DNA from: Takakia lepidozioides
Taxonomy: Eukaryota; Plantae; Bryophyta
Direction of reading: 5' to 3'
Assembly (NCBI GenBank): GCA_030704615.1
Contig: CM060732.1
Span: 58,032,001-58,096,000 of the forward strand
Length of the DNA: 64,000 nucleotides
Below, in pieces: positions 27,768 through 39,135 of the stretch; positions within the stretch are counted from its first letter, which is position 1; every line of letters starts with the position of its first letter. A program made the position numbers and the translations under genes. Under the pieces are notes generated by a model that was not told where the DNA came from, searched no databases, and saw only the letters and a list, made by a program, of their open reading frames with translations.

Positions 27768-28720
27768 AGTCCGTGCTGCATCATCTTTGTGGAATGATCT
27801 CTCAGGCATTCAAGGTCCAGGGAGATAACTTCATGTGAGTCAGAGTCGGGAGCAACTGATTCTACCCAAGGGGCTATCTCCTGACTGGATGAAGGTCCAA
27901 GGGCATCAGGGCCTTTTCCTAGAATAGAAGGGGTCTGGGCAGAAGAAGATGATCGAGACAGCCTCTCCCACGGGAGCTGAAGCCAGAGCCTGATCTTTTC
28001 TTGCGGGGGGCACCTCTGGAAGACATGAGGAAATAGCAGAAAAAGAGGCGTATTGAGAAAGCACTTCACTTGGGAAATTAAAACAAACAAGCAGCAGCAA
28101 CAGGGACTACAGGGAGCGATGAAGGAGAGGAGAGAGGAGCGGAAAGTGATGGAGCGATGACACCTTATAAGGAGTTAGGGGCAGCCCACAGCGGAGGCCA
28201 ATCTCAAAACTGTCAGCAAAGCAAGGTCCCAAGTCGACCAGAGAGGCTTGGAGCGATGATACACCAAGAGGTCCACAATCAATGTGGAGTGAAGTGTAGA
28301 GCGGCGCAGTAAGGGCGCTGGTACTCATGAAGAACCTTGAGAGAAGGCCAGGTGAGACTGCTATCAAGGGGAACTCTGACAGAGGCCGAGGGGGGGGAGA
28401 CAACAAATGGAGTTTGGCTGGGGGGGAGGGTTCAGCATGCCAGGTCGAAGATGGTAGAGTGAAAGCAAGGTGGTGGGGCTGACAAGGTGGTGGGGCTGAC
28501 AAGGCGCCAAGAGGAGGTCTAGGCATGCACGCGGGAGATCTTCTCAGTAGCAGTAGGGCGATTAGAAGGGAGTGTGGCGTTGAGAAAAGGTGGCAAGACT
28601 GCAGTCCTGGAGGGCGACGTAGAATAATGAGCCGACAAGACTTGGAGCGGGGAGGGGGGAAGGACGGGGATCAAGCATGCAGATTTAATTAGGATATGCA
28701 TGCAAAGGGCCAACAAAACG
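27768..28720 (-). mobile_element. Upstream part of the decayed LINE ORF1 / 5' region interrupted by copy C
   Basis: Frame continuity across the CCAAA/CTAAA target site with ORF 13764-14039; Pro/Ser-rich low-complexity frames; outer boundary uncertain. Confidence 0.45.
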
Positions 28721-29837
28721 CTTGATGATTACTTAAAAAGCACAATGACACGATTAAGACTTAGGTTAGGGGAGATAGGTTTAGAGAGTCCGGAGTTCGC
28801 TCAGACCTAGCTTCCAAGACTTATTCAGCACACCGGCTGGGAAAAGAGATAGGCAGCATTCCGGCTGGAGAGGAGATGCTGTGTGAGGAAGAAGTACAGC
28901 AAGAAAGGGAGAGGGGGCTGTCGAGGGAAAGGGCGAGGTCGACGTGAGCGTGGAGAGGTCAGAAAAAAACTAAGTCCCAGGCTTGCCTCTCACCGCAAAA
29001 TGCGGAGCGCCATGCCCTTAACATTGGTCAAACCCTCCGTTGTTTTGCCTTTTGTAGTATATAATACTTTTGGGTGTATTAATGTGTTTGATATTTTTTT
29101 TGTTTTTAATATGAATTTGTTTGATTTTATGTATATTTAATTATAATATATATATTCTTAATTGTCCAAAATATAGACAAGAGACAAAAATTCAATTTCA
29201 AGATTTGAATATCAGAATTTCAGAATTTCGAATTTCAGAAATTTATTAAATATTTTCTTCAAAATCATTCTTTGGTAGCTCCAATTCGATGGTCCCGAAA
29301 TTTATTAAATTATTTTTTCAAAATCAAGCTATGGTGATCTCGAATTTTTAAAGAAACCATTTATTAAATCGAGACCGTCAGCTCCAGTGATCTCGAATTT
29401 TCAAGAAAAAAATAAAAATTGAGACAGTCAACTCCGATTTTTATGATTAAAATATAAAATAAGTATTTATATGTATATATAAAATATAATTTTTAATAGA
29501 TAAAACCGGAACAGTCAACACCAAAGGGTTTTATTTTTAAAAAAAAAATATTAATAAAACCCGGACTGCATATATATATATGACGCCAACCCAGACTGCA
29601 CATGGATGAGGATAAGAGGATATAGTTAAGCACGTCATACGCAGAAGTGCCAAAACTTACTTTGTCCTTTAAGGGTTAAATGGGGGATGGTTCAGAAGTA
29701 AATTTGGGGTAGTTATAGTACATTGTCAAGTGGTGGGAGTTGGGGTTTTATAGGGTAGGACACCTATGGGGTCTGAGCGGCCTTCTCAAAGGTTCCGGTA
29801 CTGCTTGACGTGTCAGCCCCCGGCCTCATAGGGTATA

Positions 29838-30640
29838 CAGTCTGCCCTGGATAAATGTTAACAGTTGGGAGTAGAAAAAAAATAACATTTAGACAAGGTT
29901 AACACATTAACAGTTTATGAAGGGGTTAGTTGTAGCACATTAACAATTACAGAATGTAACATTTAACAAATGTAAAAATTATGAAAGTACACTTATGAAA
30001 TAAAGTGTAATATATTCCATTCTCTCTTTGTTTGTGAGCTGTCTTTCATCTTTATTAATCACCTAATATCTAACTTATTAGTGCAACACATCTATTAACA
30101 ACCAAAAAGAAAACTGCATAGGTATTTCAAGAATATTTTAACTACACTCACTAAAAGACCAATCCATACCATCTACTTGCAAAATAGCTAACGCAGGTAC
30201 AACTACTAGATAACTTATGTGATCTCGTCTCTCCAAAACATCCAGCTTGTCAAGTCTCAAAATGCTGAACATACATTTGTTGTATCTCATTGTATTTCAT
30301 AAATAACCTCCATATCCAGTCTCGAAATGTTGCATATACACTTGCTTCATCTATTCACTTTAGTATTACCTCCCACTTACTTCTGGTCTTCTAATTGGTT
30401 ATGTCTTAAGATGGAATCTTATCATAATCTAGTTGGAACTTATACTACTTTCTCTTCTTAGGTGAAGCCTTTATGGTACACTTAACATTTATGGAGGGCA
30501 ACTTAACAAAGAGGGGAGTAAACAATTGTTAACAAATAACTCTTAACATTTGCTAGTGTGCACACTTAGGGGAGTAAAATTTTCTTAACATTTATGACAG
30601 TTTAACGTTTATAGAGGTAACATTTATCCAGGGTAGACTG
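29838..30640. mobile_element. Tc1/mariner (pogo-like) MITE, 803 bp
   Basis: 23-bp TIR CAGTCT(G/A)CCCTGGATAAATGTTA with one mismatch; TA on both sides; AT-rich non-coding interior with subterminal TTAACA motifs. Confidence 0.88.
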
Positions 30641-30923
30641 TATAACGGAGGTGAAGGCCCTTCTCCTTACTACTCTCTATCTATCCCTAAAGTGGGGCTC
30701 TCTCCGGAAGGCCCCAAAAAGATTGCAAACAAAACATGAACCATAATATTTGCATGTGTAAGAAAAGGCCACATAACGTGTCCAGGGGTCGTTATCGAAT
30801 TAAGAGCAACGTTGATGAAAAAATAGAGACCAATTTGTGGGAGTAAAAAACAAAACAAATGTATCAGCAAAATTTTGAATGCTTATATATCCTGATTTGG
30901 CTGTACTTATTGAGTTGGGCTAA

Positions 30924-31288
30924 GAGCATCTCCAGGTGAGAGGGGCACGTCAAACGCTATATGCCCTGGTTACGATAATTTTTGCAGGGACGGGTTGGTT
31001 GGAACTCCACGGTTGGGATGGTAGGAGACATAGCAGAGATAGCCCATGGGTAGGCCCGCCCCTTGATCACAATCTGGGCGCGTTGACTGAGGACATCATA
31101 TCGCATTAACTCCCACATAAGTCGCAAGTTTAATGTACCGTGGTTGGCGGTCCCGGTAGCAAAAGTGCCCAACAGGATGAAGGAGAGGCCGGCAACAAAT
31201 CTGCCGGGCTGAGCCAACCGTGGAGCACTTTTTTGGACCCAGCGCCGGTAGTTTTGGGGGCAAGTGCCGTGGCAATGTGGAGATGCTC
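30924..31288. mobile_element. PIF/Harbinger (Tourist-like) MITE, 365 bp
   Basis: Perfect 11-bp TIR GAGCATCTCCA; TAA TSD at 30921-30923 and 31289-31291. Confidence 0.85.
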
Positions 31289-31650
31289 TAAATGGAAAAT
31301 GCGCTGTTGGCCTACCCATCAATACACTCAGGGATGCACGGTCACGGCCCTTATTACAATCTCCCCCAGACCCATTTTATGAGGGCTCCCACATAAAAGT
31401 GTCAGCATGCGGAACTAGGAGGCGGCATACAATTATATCCTTCCAAATTGAAGCCTTCAGGCCATGCCCTTAGAGGCCTCTAATAACCCATCCAAGTCAA
31501 GGCAGTTTCCAGCCCAACCTTTCACTCCAAAGGGCACTGTTATTTTTCCATCCTCCAAATTGAGGGGCAGGTTTATATCATATTGAAAAAATAAGCCCCC
31601 CAAGTTTGCGTGGGCCCTATCCATTAGAAGGTGGTCCAAGAATTTAAAAG

Positions 31651-32015
31651 GAAGATAATAGGAATAATGTAAGAACTTAATGCACACATGCAATTATGAC
31701 ATGTCAAATCTACCCCACCCTCTCTTGAGAGTGACATGGAACCGAGGGAGTGTCAACTCGAGTTGAGGTTACACGACGAGGTGTGTAACTCCACTTGGGG
31801 TTACATCGGGTTGCACGACGAGGTATGTATCTCCACTTGGGGTTACATCAGGTTACGCAATGGGGTGTGTAAGGCCACTCGGGGTGTGAACGTGTGTACT
31901 TAGTCGCACTCGGGTGAGGATTTGAGAGGCCCTGCCGGATGAGCCCAGGCTGCCGGCAAAAGTACCGTCAGATCACACACGTCCATTAAGTTCTTACATT
32001 ATTCCTATTATCTTC
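31651..32015. mobile_element. Non-autonomous miniature derivative of the large Mutator-like element
   Basis: Perfect 32-bp TIR GAAGATAATAGGAATAATGTAAGAACTTAATG, identical to the ends of 49237-63221; internal GGTTACA/GTGTAAC motifs; no matching 9-bp TSD found. Confidence 0.85.
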
Positions 32016-33064
32016 TTTAATTAATAGAGCAGCTAGCAGCGGGGTCCCAAATTTTGGCACGGATTATCAAAAAAAGGTGAAAGAGGTTTTTTTTTCCTCT
32101 CACTATTAAGGGGCCTGATTTTTATTTATTTTTGGATCCCAAAATCATTTTTTTTTTTGAAAGGGATCGAAGCCCTCGATATTTATTGATAATGGGGGAA
32201 AAAATAAAACCCCCATGGGGCCATAAAGCATACACACCAACATGGCCTGATTTGTGAGCCGTCGCTCCCATGTGTTTCCCTTTTCCAAAAAACAAAAAAC
32301 GAGGAGAGCAATGGAGCAGCCAATGGGGAGGGAGGCCAGTGGGTGTTGGAATGGGAATGTGAGGCCATTGTAGCGGAGAGCATGGAAAATAGGCAGTCGG
32401 CCCTTCTTTTACTATTTGACTCCTCCTGAAGGAAGCATAAATTATGGTGTCTCTTCGCCCTGAAGGGCTAGGAAGGTGGACACCTTTGTGGCACCAATCG
32501 GTGGATTGAACCCACAACCACTTCCGAGGTACAACGTGTTGGCTGTCCCATGAGGGAACATGTAAAGGAGGGCGAGGACAATGCTTCTTCCTCCTCAACC
32601 TTATTATTACTTATTACACATTTGGTGGCCTGTGCAATCATCTACAGTGAGGAACTCTGACCAACCTTCTGACACCTTCACACTGCTACTCGGTCGGAGG
32701 TTCTCGGCTGGAGGTTGTACGCCGGAGAGAGTAGCGTCCTTCTCCAGAGATTAGAGGTGGATCACTAGGCGGTTCTTTGGAGTCTTTGTTTTCCTCAAAG
32801 GTTTACGCTTACCTCAAGATTCTTGCAAGGGTGATATGTTGTTGGCGTGCGTGGCTCACAGAGTCTATGCACTCAGTCGCTCCTCGGACTCCCTGGACAG
32901 ACATCGCAGCTACAGACTTCGAGTGATCAATTTAAATCCAGCTCGTAAGAGGCTTCTTGAGAACTAGGACAGATCATATTTCAGAGCAGCTGTTGCGTGT
33001 GTGCATCTTTACTGCCCTCTTCCAGTGACGGATCTTGTTGTGCACTTGATGCATACAGGATAAT

Positions 33065-36000
33065 ATGGAGCTAGCGTTGAGGCTAAACGCGTCGGGCCCA
33101 GCGAGTGCTAGTATTAGCAATGCCATACCGCATGCTATACCACATGCTGCGGCCTTCAAATCTGGGCTGCCGTCACCGGGCGGTGAATCCACCAAGGCCT
33201 TCAGACATACGAGCAAACGAGTTTTCTCTCATGAAAAGATAGAGAGGCGACGACAGACTGTAGGCGTGCGCGCCTCAGCAGTCGACAACCTGGTGAAAAA
33301 CTTGCAGGGCTGGTTGCAAAAGGGTCAGCAAATTACTAAGGAGGACAGTGATGCGTATGTTAGTCTGAGCGGTACGCTTGTGGTCCAGAAGAAGTGTCTC
33401 CTCAACTACCTTGACACGGGCTGCGACTTTTGGGATGATACCGAGGATCGGGTGCTTGACAAGAAAGTGATTTTGCAGCTTGTCAGTGCTGATCAAGTGA
33501 ATCCAGGTGAGCCACTTTGTCCACAATCTTATTGCGTTAGTCCGATGTAGTAATAGACTGAGCGAAGTCTTCCATTGTGAGTCCTTGAAACTTCCACAGG
33601 GTAGGGCCTGCGCGATTCTAGTGCACGAATATAGCGATATGAGTAGGTGACAATCTTTCTACCTCCTGGAAATGAAACGTTCCAGCGAGCTACCAGGGCT
33701 TGTTCTTCTGAACTTTTGCAACCCTTAAATTCTAGGGACAGCCCGCATAATTTTGGTCAGCGGTAACGTCGGGTCAGCACTCTCTAAGACGGGATGGGCA
33801 AGTTCTCATCTCTATCTGAGCAATGTTGGAACCTTGAGACCTGCTCCTTGCTGAGCTGCAGACACTCAAACCGGGAAGTTGGGCATGGAAACTGTTGTGG
33901 AGAATTGGTTCAAGTCTCACGACACATTGAAGCCGAGTGACATCAGTTACCCTGTCACTTTCAAGGTGCCAAATGACTTCGGGACTCCAGGGGCATTCAC
34001 TGTAAGGAATCGTCACACCCACGAGGTGTTTGTCAAATCTCTTACTCTGACACTTCCGGATGGAAAGGAGGTGTACTTCGGATGCAACTCCTGGGTCTAC
34101 AATGTCGGCAAGTACAAATCCGACCGCATCTTTTTCAGCAATCAGGTACTGCAACTACTTGGTCACATGGGTTGCATTGCAGGTGTTCAACGTCTGGAAA
34201 TTCGAATACTTGGCAATGCTTGTAAAGACACCATAAGTAAGACATGCCCAGACACAGGGCGAAGTTTTGTCGAAAATTTTCTCCAGCTGTCTTTCAGGGA
34301 GTATCCCAGTGGGTAAGGCTTTGTCAGAGGGTCTCTTGTGGTCTGGGGCTCCAATCTGGGGAGGAGTTGTGTTGCTATCCTCCTGCCTTGTCTATGAGCT
34401 GCGATGGCCCGCTGTCAGGAAGGGCGCCGAGGCAGTGTGTGTGGCCAGCCCTAGAGGGGTTTCCCAAGTCCCCCAACAAAAAAGCCTTGCTAAATCTCAT
34501 GGAACTCTTAAGAGTTTGAAATTGTGACTGACAAGTTGAGAAAATATCGCTTTGGGTGCCACAGGTGTACTTACCAGGTCAGACTCCACCAGGGCTTGTG
34601 CAACTCCGTGAGGCGGAAAAGGTAAATCTGAGGGGGGACGGCCATGGTGAAAGGCGGCACTGGGATCGCATTTATGACTATGATGTCTACAATGACTTGG
34701 GTTTCTCTAGATGGCCATCGTTGAAGAGGCCTAACTTGGGGGGCAGTGAAACATTTCCATATCCCCGCCGCTGTCGCACTGGACGCAAGGCCGATCCTGC
34801 AGGTGACTCCAATCAAATTGAAAGATCTTCATTGTTCAGGATTGAACTCCTTGATAACGAGCATTCATGACTGACTAATTTTGTCACTTCTTTGAACGTC
34901 GAAATTGAGGTGTAAGGTGGCACTATCAAACTCTTGCATGGATAGGTAGCATTAAATTATGCAACTCCATCTCCACAATCCAGCAGTGGTGAGTGACGTT
35001 AATGCACGATGCACACACTTGACGTCCTGATTCTGACTGGAAACGGCTTTTGGTCGCAGATCCATCAACTGAGGTAAGAGTGCTTGACCTCTTCTACATC
35101 CCAAGAGACGAATTTTTTGATTCGAGAAAGCAGACGGATTTTCTCAGCGATATTCTGAGGTCAGCTGGCCAGGAACTTGTTCCAGCGATGGAAGCTGTCT
35201 TCTCTGGTAACCACAATGAGTTCAAAAGCTTCAAAGACGTGCACCACCTCTACAGTAGGGGTGTCGATTTGAAGGAGCAGTTGCAGAAACGAGCAGACGT
35301 CCAATCAGAGAAAAAAGCTGCAACCATTGAAGCACCGAGCAGCGACGAAGGAAAGGCTGCTGCACGACATATCAACCCTTTCGAACTGGTCAAGAACATG
35401 GGCGCTGACAACGAATCTAGCGTCCTCAAATTCAAACTGCCTCAAGTCATTCAAGGTAATCCTTAAATAAACCACTCCCCCCCTTCTGTTCTAGATAAGA
35501 CTGGGAATCCAGATCATCGTTGTGAGGGATAGTTCCGTTTAGAGGATTTCATTGATTAACTGCACCTAGAGAATATCTAGAGAATAGCTAGTAATTTATA
35601 TTGCTCATGTCTATTTGCCTGTATGTACCCTCAGATGATGAGGAGGCGTGGATGGAAGATGAAGAGTTTGGGCGCCAGACTCTGGCAGGCGTAAACCCTA
35701 TCCACATTCAGCGCCTGAAGGTAAGACTTCAGATATTCAACAAGCACATGGATGCACAATTGTGAATTTCCCATTCTATAGGTGCTGTACAGGCCGTCAG
35801 GTTCAATATATATGAGGCTCTTGCCACACAGCCTTAATTAATATGTTGTTGCCGAATGGGATTGGCCTTTCTGAAATGGATTGTGTATATCAAACGCATA
35901 TTCAAGATTCATTGTGGTTTCTCACGATGCCAGCTGGTTCTGGGCATGCTCACATTGTGTAGGAATTCCCTCCGGTGAGCAGTTTGGGTGCCGTTGAAAA

Positions 36001-38505
36001 GTATGGGGACCCAACATCAGCCATCAGAGCGGAGCACATTGAGCCATACATGGAAGGTCTCACAGTCCAGCAGGTAAGATAGTTCAGACGTATCATGAGC
36101 TGCTTGGGCCATGCATCTCGTTTGTGTAACTTCTCACTTCAGTCCAAATGTTGCTCTATCTATGTAGGTTTGCACGATGGTGTCCAGGAATTCAATGGGA
36201 AGTTCAGTATTGCTGCAAGGTTACTGACAGACTTTGACGCTCAGAGATGAGTAATTACGAGCCATCTCTCTGGATTATTCTGTGAGGCCCCAGTTCTCTT
36301 CTGAAAGCCATGTTTTGAGACCAATAATGCTGACATCGAATGCCTGGTGTATGGAACTGTTATAGGCATTGAATGAAAAACGGTTGTACACATTGGACTA
36401 CCATGACTTATTTCTGCCCTACATGGAGAAAATCCTCGAGTCTAAAGAGTTCGGTGTCGTCCAGTCCTACGCAACCAGAACTATCTTGTTTCTCATGAGC
36501 GATGGAAAGATGATGCCTGTGGCCATTGAGCTTGCATTGCCGAGAAAGGTGCGGGTGCTTACTCCCCCAAAGGATGGTAAGCGAGACTGGTTGTGGGAGC
36601 TTGCCAAGGCACATGTGCGGGTCAATGATAATGGATATCACCAGCTCTACAGTCACTGGTATGTTGACAAGCTATACGCCTTCTTTCTGATTTCACTGAC
36701 ATGAACATTTCCCTTAATGTCTCAAGGTTGCAGATTGCAAGTTCTCAGTCATCGCGGTGTTTGTTTAAAGAAGTTGGCATGTGTTGCTTTCCATCACAAG
36801 TCCTTCACTAGTACTTGGGAGGTGGAGACAGTTGAGAGGCATTGCAGCACTCGAGTTAAGAGGCATGGTAAGCCACAGATCAATAATCTGATATCAATTT
36901 GTCTTGTGGATTTTTCTAGGGTGCGTACACATGCTACGATAGAACCTGTGGTCATAGCAACAAACAGGCAGTTAAGTGTGCTCCATCCGCTACACCTTTT
37001 ACTCCTGCCACACTTCAAGAATACCCTCACTATCAACTCAGCTGCTCGAACGATCCTCATTAATGCCGGTGGACTCATTGAAAGATGTTTCATGCCTGGA
37101 AGATATTCCGTGGAGGTGAGCTCTGCAATATATGGGGCATTATGGCGCTTCGACAATGAAGCCCTGCCCAATGACTTGATAAAAAGGTGGGTAATTTGGA
37201 TACTGTAATGCACGGCTGTTCCTTGGTCAACATTTTTCATTTGCACACCCCTTACTACCCCGGGGCAACGTGCATGTCTTTCAACATCATCCTCAACCTC
37301 ATTTGCTAGAGGTAATCTGAAAAGTGATAGGATCGATCAGTTAAAGCATACAAATTACTAGGTCTATCTATAATCTATCTTCCTTCGACTCACAGTCTAT
37401 TAATCAGGTGGAGCATTCTGTACTTGGCATCTATGCTGGTGAGGTCTCGACACATTGTTATGTTACCATGTACTGAAGACGGAAAGCTTTGAAACAGCCT
37501 ACATACAACCGTAGACTATCAGAAATTGATCTATGACATTGAAACATAGTTAAAGCATCAGAACTATTAAATACACTGCCACCGCATTGTTGGCAGGGGG
37601 ATGGCAGAACCTGATCAAAACTCTGAGAGTGGTGTAAAGTTGGTGTTTGAGGACTACCCATACGCACTTGATGGCCTTGACATATGGTGTGCCCAGAAAA
37701 GCTGGGTGCAAGACTATGTCAACATACACTATTGCGACGACGATACTGTCCAGCAGGATGCAGAGCTCCAGGAATGGTGGTTTGAGATCCGCACCAAGGG
37801 ACATGCAGATAAGCAAGATGCAGAGGGCTGGCCGACTCCCAATTCCAAGCAAAGTCTCATCCAGATTTTGACAACTATTATTTGGTTGGCTTCGGCTCAT
37901 CATGCCGCTGTGAACTTTGGGCAGTATGCCTACACAGGTTTCATGCCCAACCATGCTACCACAATGCGGCGTCACGTCCCTGAAGAGAATAGTGAAGATC
38001 ACAAAGAGCTGCTATCTGATCCAGAGAAGTTCTTCCTTCAGTCCCACTCAAAGCCTGCACAGGCTACCATTGGCATGGCATCTGTTGAGATCTTGTCAAG
38101 CCACGCAACTGACGAAGTGTATTTGGGCGAAGCTCCAAGAGAGAAATGGACAGAGAATCAGGAGGTAAGTATTTTACTGGTGCCTACATGGACAATGTTA
38201 GAGCAAAGCTTTAGTACTTCAAGTGGAGCAACTTGAGAAAGTGCTCCAAAGAAAATGACATTCCTCATTATTACCTTGTTTTGGAAGTGATGGCTGGTTT
38301 GTTTCTTGGGTTGCAGGTGCTGAAAGCATTTGAGAAGTATGGAGAAAGACTGAAACAAATTGAGCAGACAATCGAAGACAGAAACAATGAGAAAAAGCTT
38401 AGAAACCGTTCGGGCCCTGTCCAAGTTCCCTACACCCTACTGAAGCCCTCCTCTCCCACACATGGTGTGACAGGCATGGGTGTCCCAAATAGCGTCTCCA
38501 TATGA
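33065..38505 (+). CDS. LOX: Plastid-type (type II) 13-lipoxygenase; exons 33065-33506, 33862-34145, 34565-34802, 35060-35455, 35635-35720, 35963-36073, 36366-36658, 36920-37186, 37597-38164, 38317-38505
   Basis: GT-AG introns in compatible phases; PLAT region, [33 protein letters not shown]; iron ligands [17 protein letters not shown] and terminal GVPNSVSI; Ser/Ala-rich N-terminal extension; CF at the positional-specificity site. Confidence 0.95.
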
Positions 38506-39135
38506 GCTCACTTTAATGTGTACATTGATTTGGAGATTACTGCAGGGGAAACAACGGAGTGTTCAAGAAGGTCATGTTGAGCTAATGATTCCGGCCCACA
38601 ATATCTTATCAGCTCTCTAGACTACAGGCCACCCGAAATCCAGGAGTAGTATTATTACTGCAAGATAACTTGTAATGTTCAGATACTACAGTGATGATGA
38701 TGGTTGTTCCCCACTAATACGAATATGACTGCTTTGAGAGTTTGTTCCGGCATAGAAGGGAAGTTTATTTGTAGTTCAAAACATGTTTTTTTTCTTTTGT
38801 AAGCTTCCCTCTCACTCTATGTCACAGCAGTTTGTCACATGGACTGAGAGACCTTTGAACATTGAAGTCACTGTAGAATATTCCCAGTCAATGAAAATAT
38901 TCAATAACCATAATGAATGTATTTATTTCACACATGTAAACACTTTTTTTTTTTTGAAAAAAGGTAATGATGCTCCTGAATAGCATTGCAGCAGGAGGGG
39001 GAAGAAATAACCACCAACGCAGAACAACAATATGACACGGCTGAAATCCCCAGCAATGGTGAATGAACCAAGCAGCCGCATAGCCTTAATGAATGAAGCA
39101 AGACACTAATCACACCTCATAAGCAAAAGATATTT

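Noticed and set aside
29018-29680. piggyBac-like element ending AAGGG-TTAA in an AT-rich stretch with short internal repeats
   Set aside because: No matching left TIR found; probably a repeat remnant but unclassifiable.
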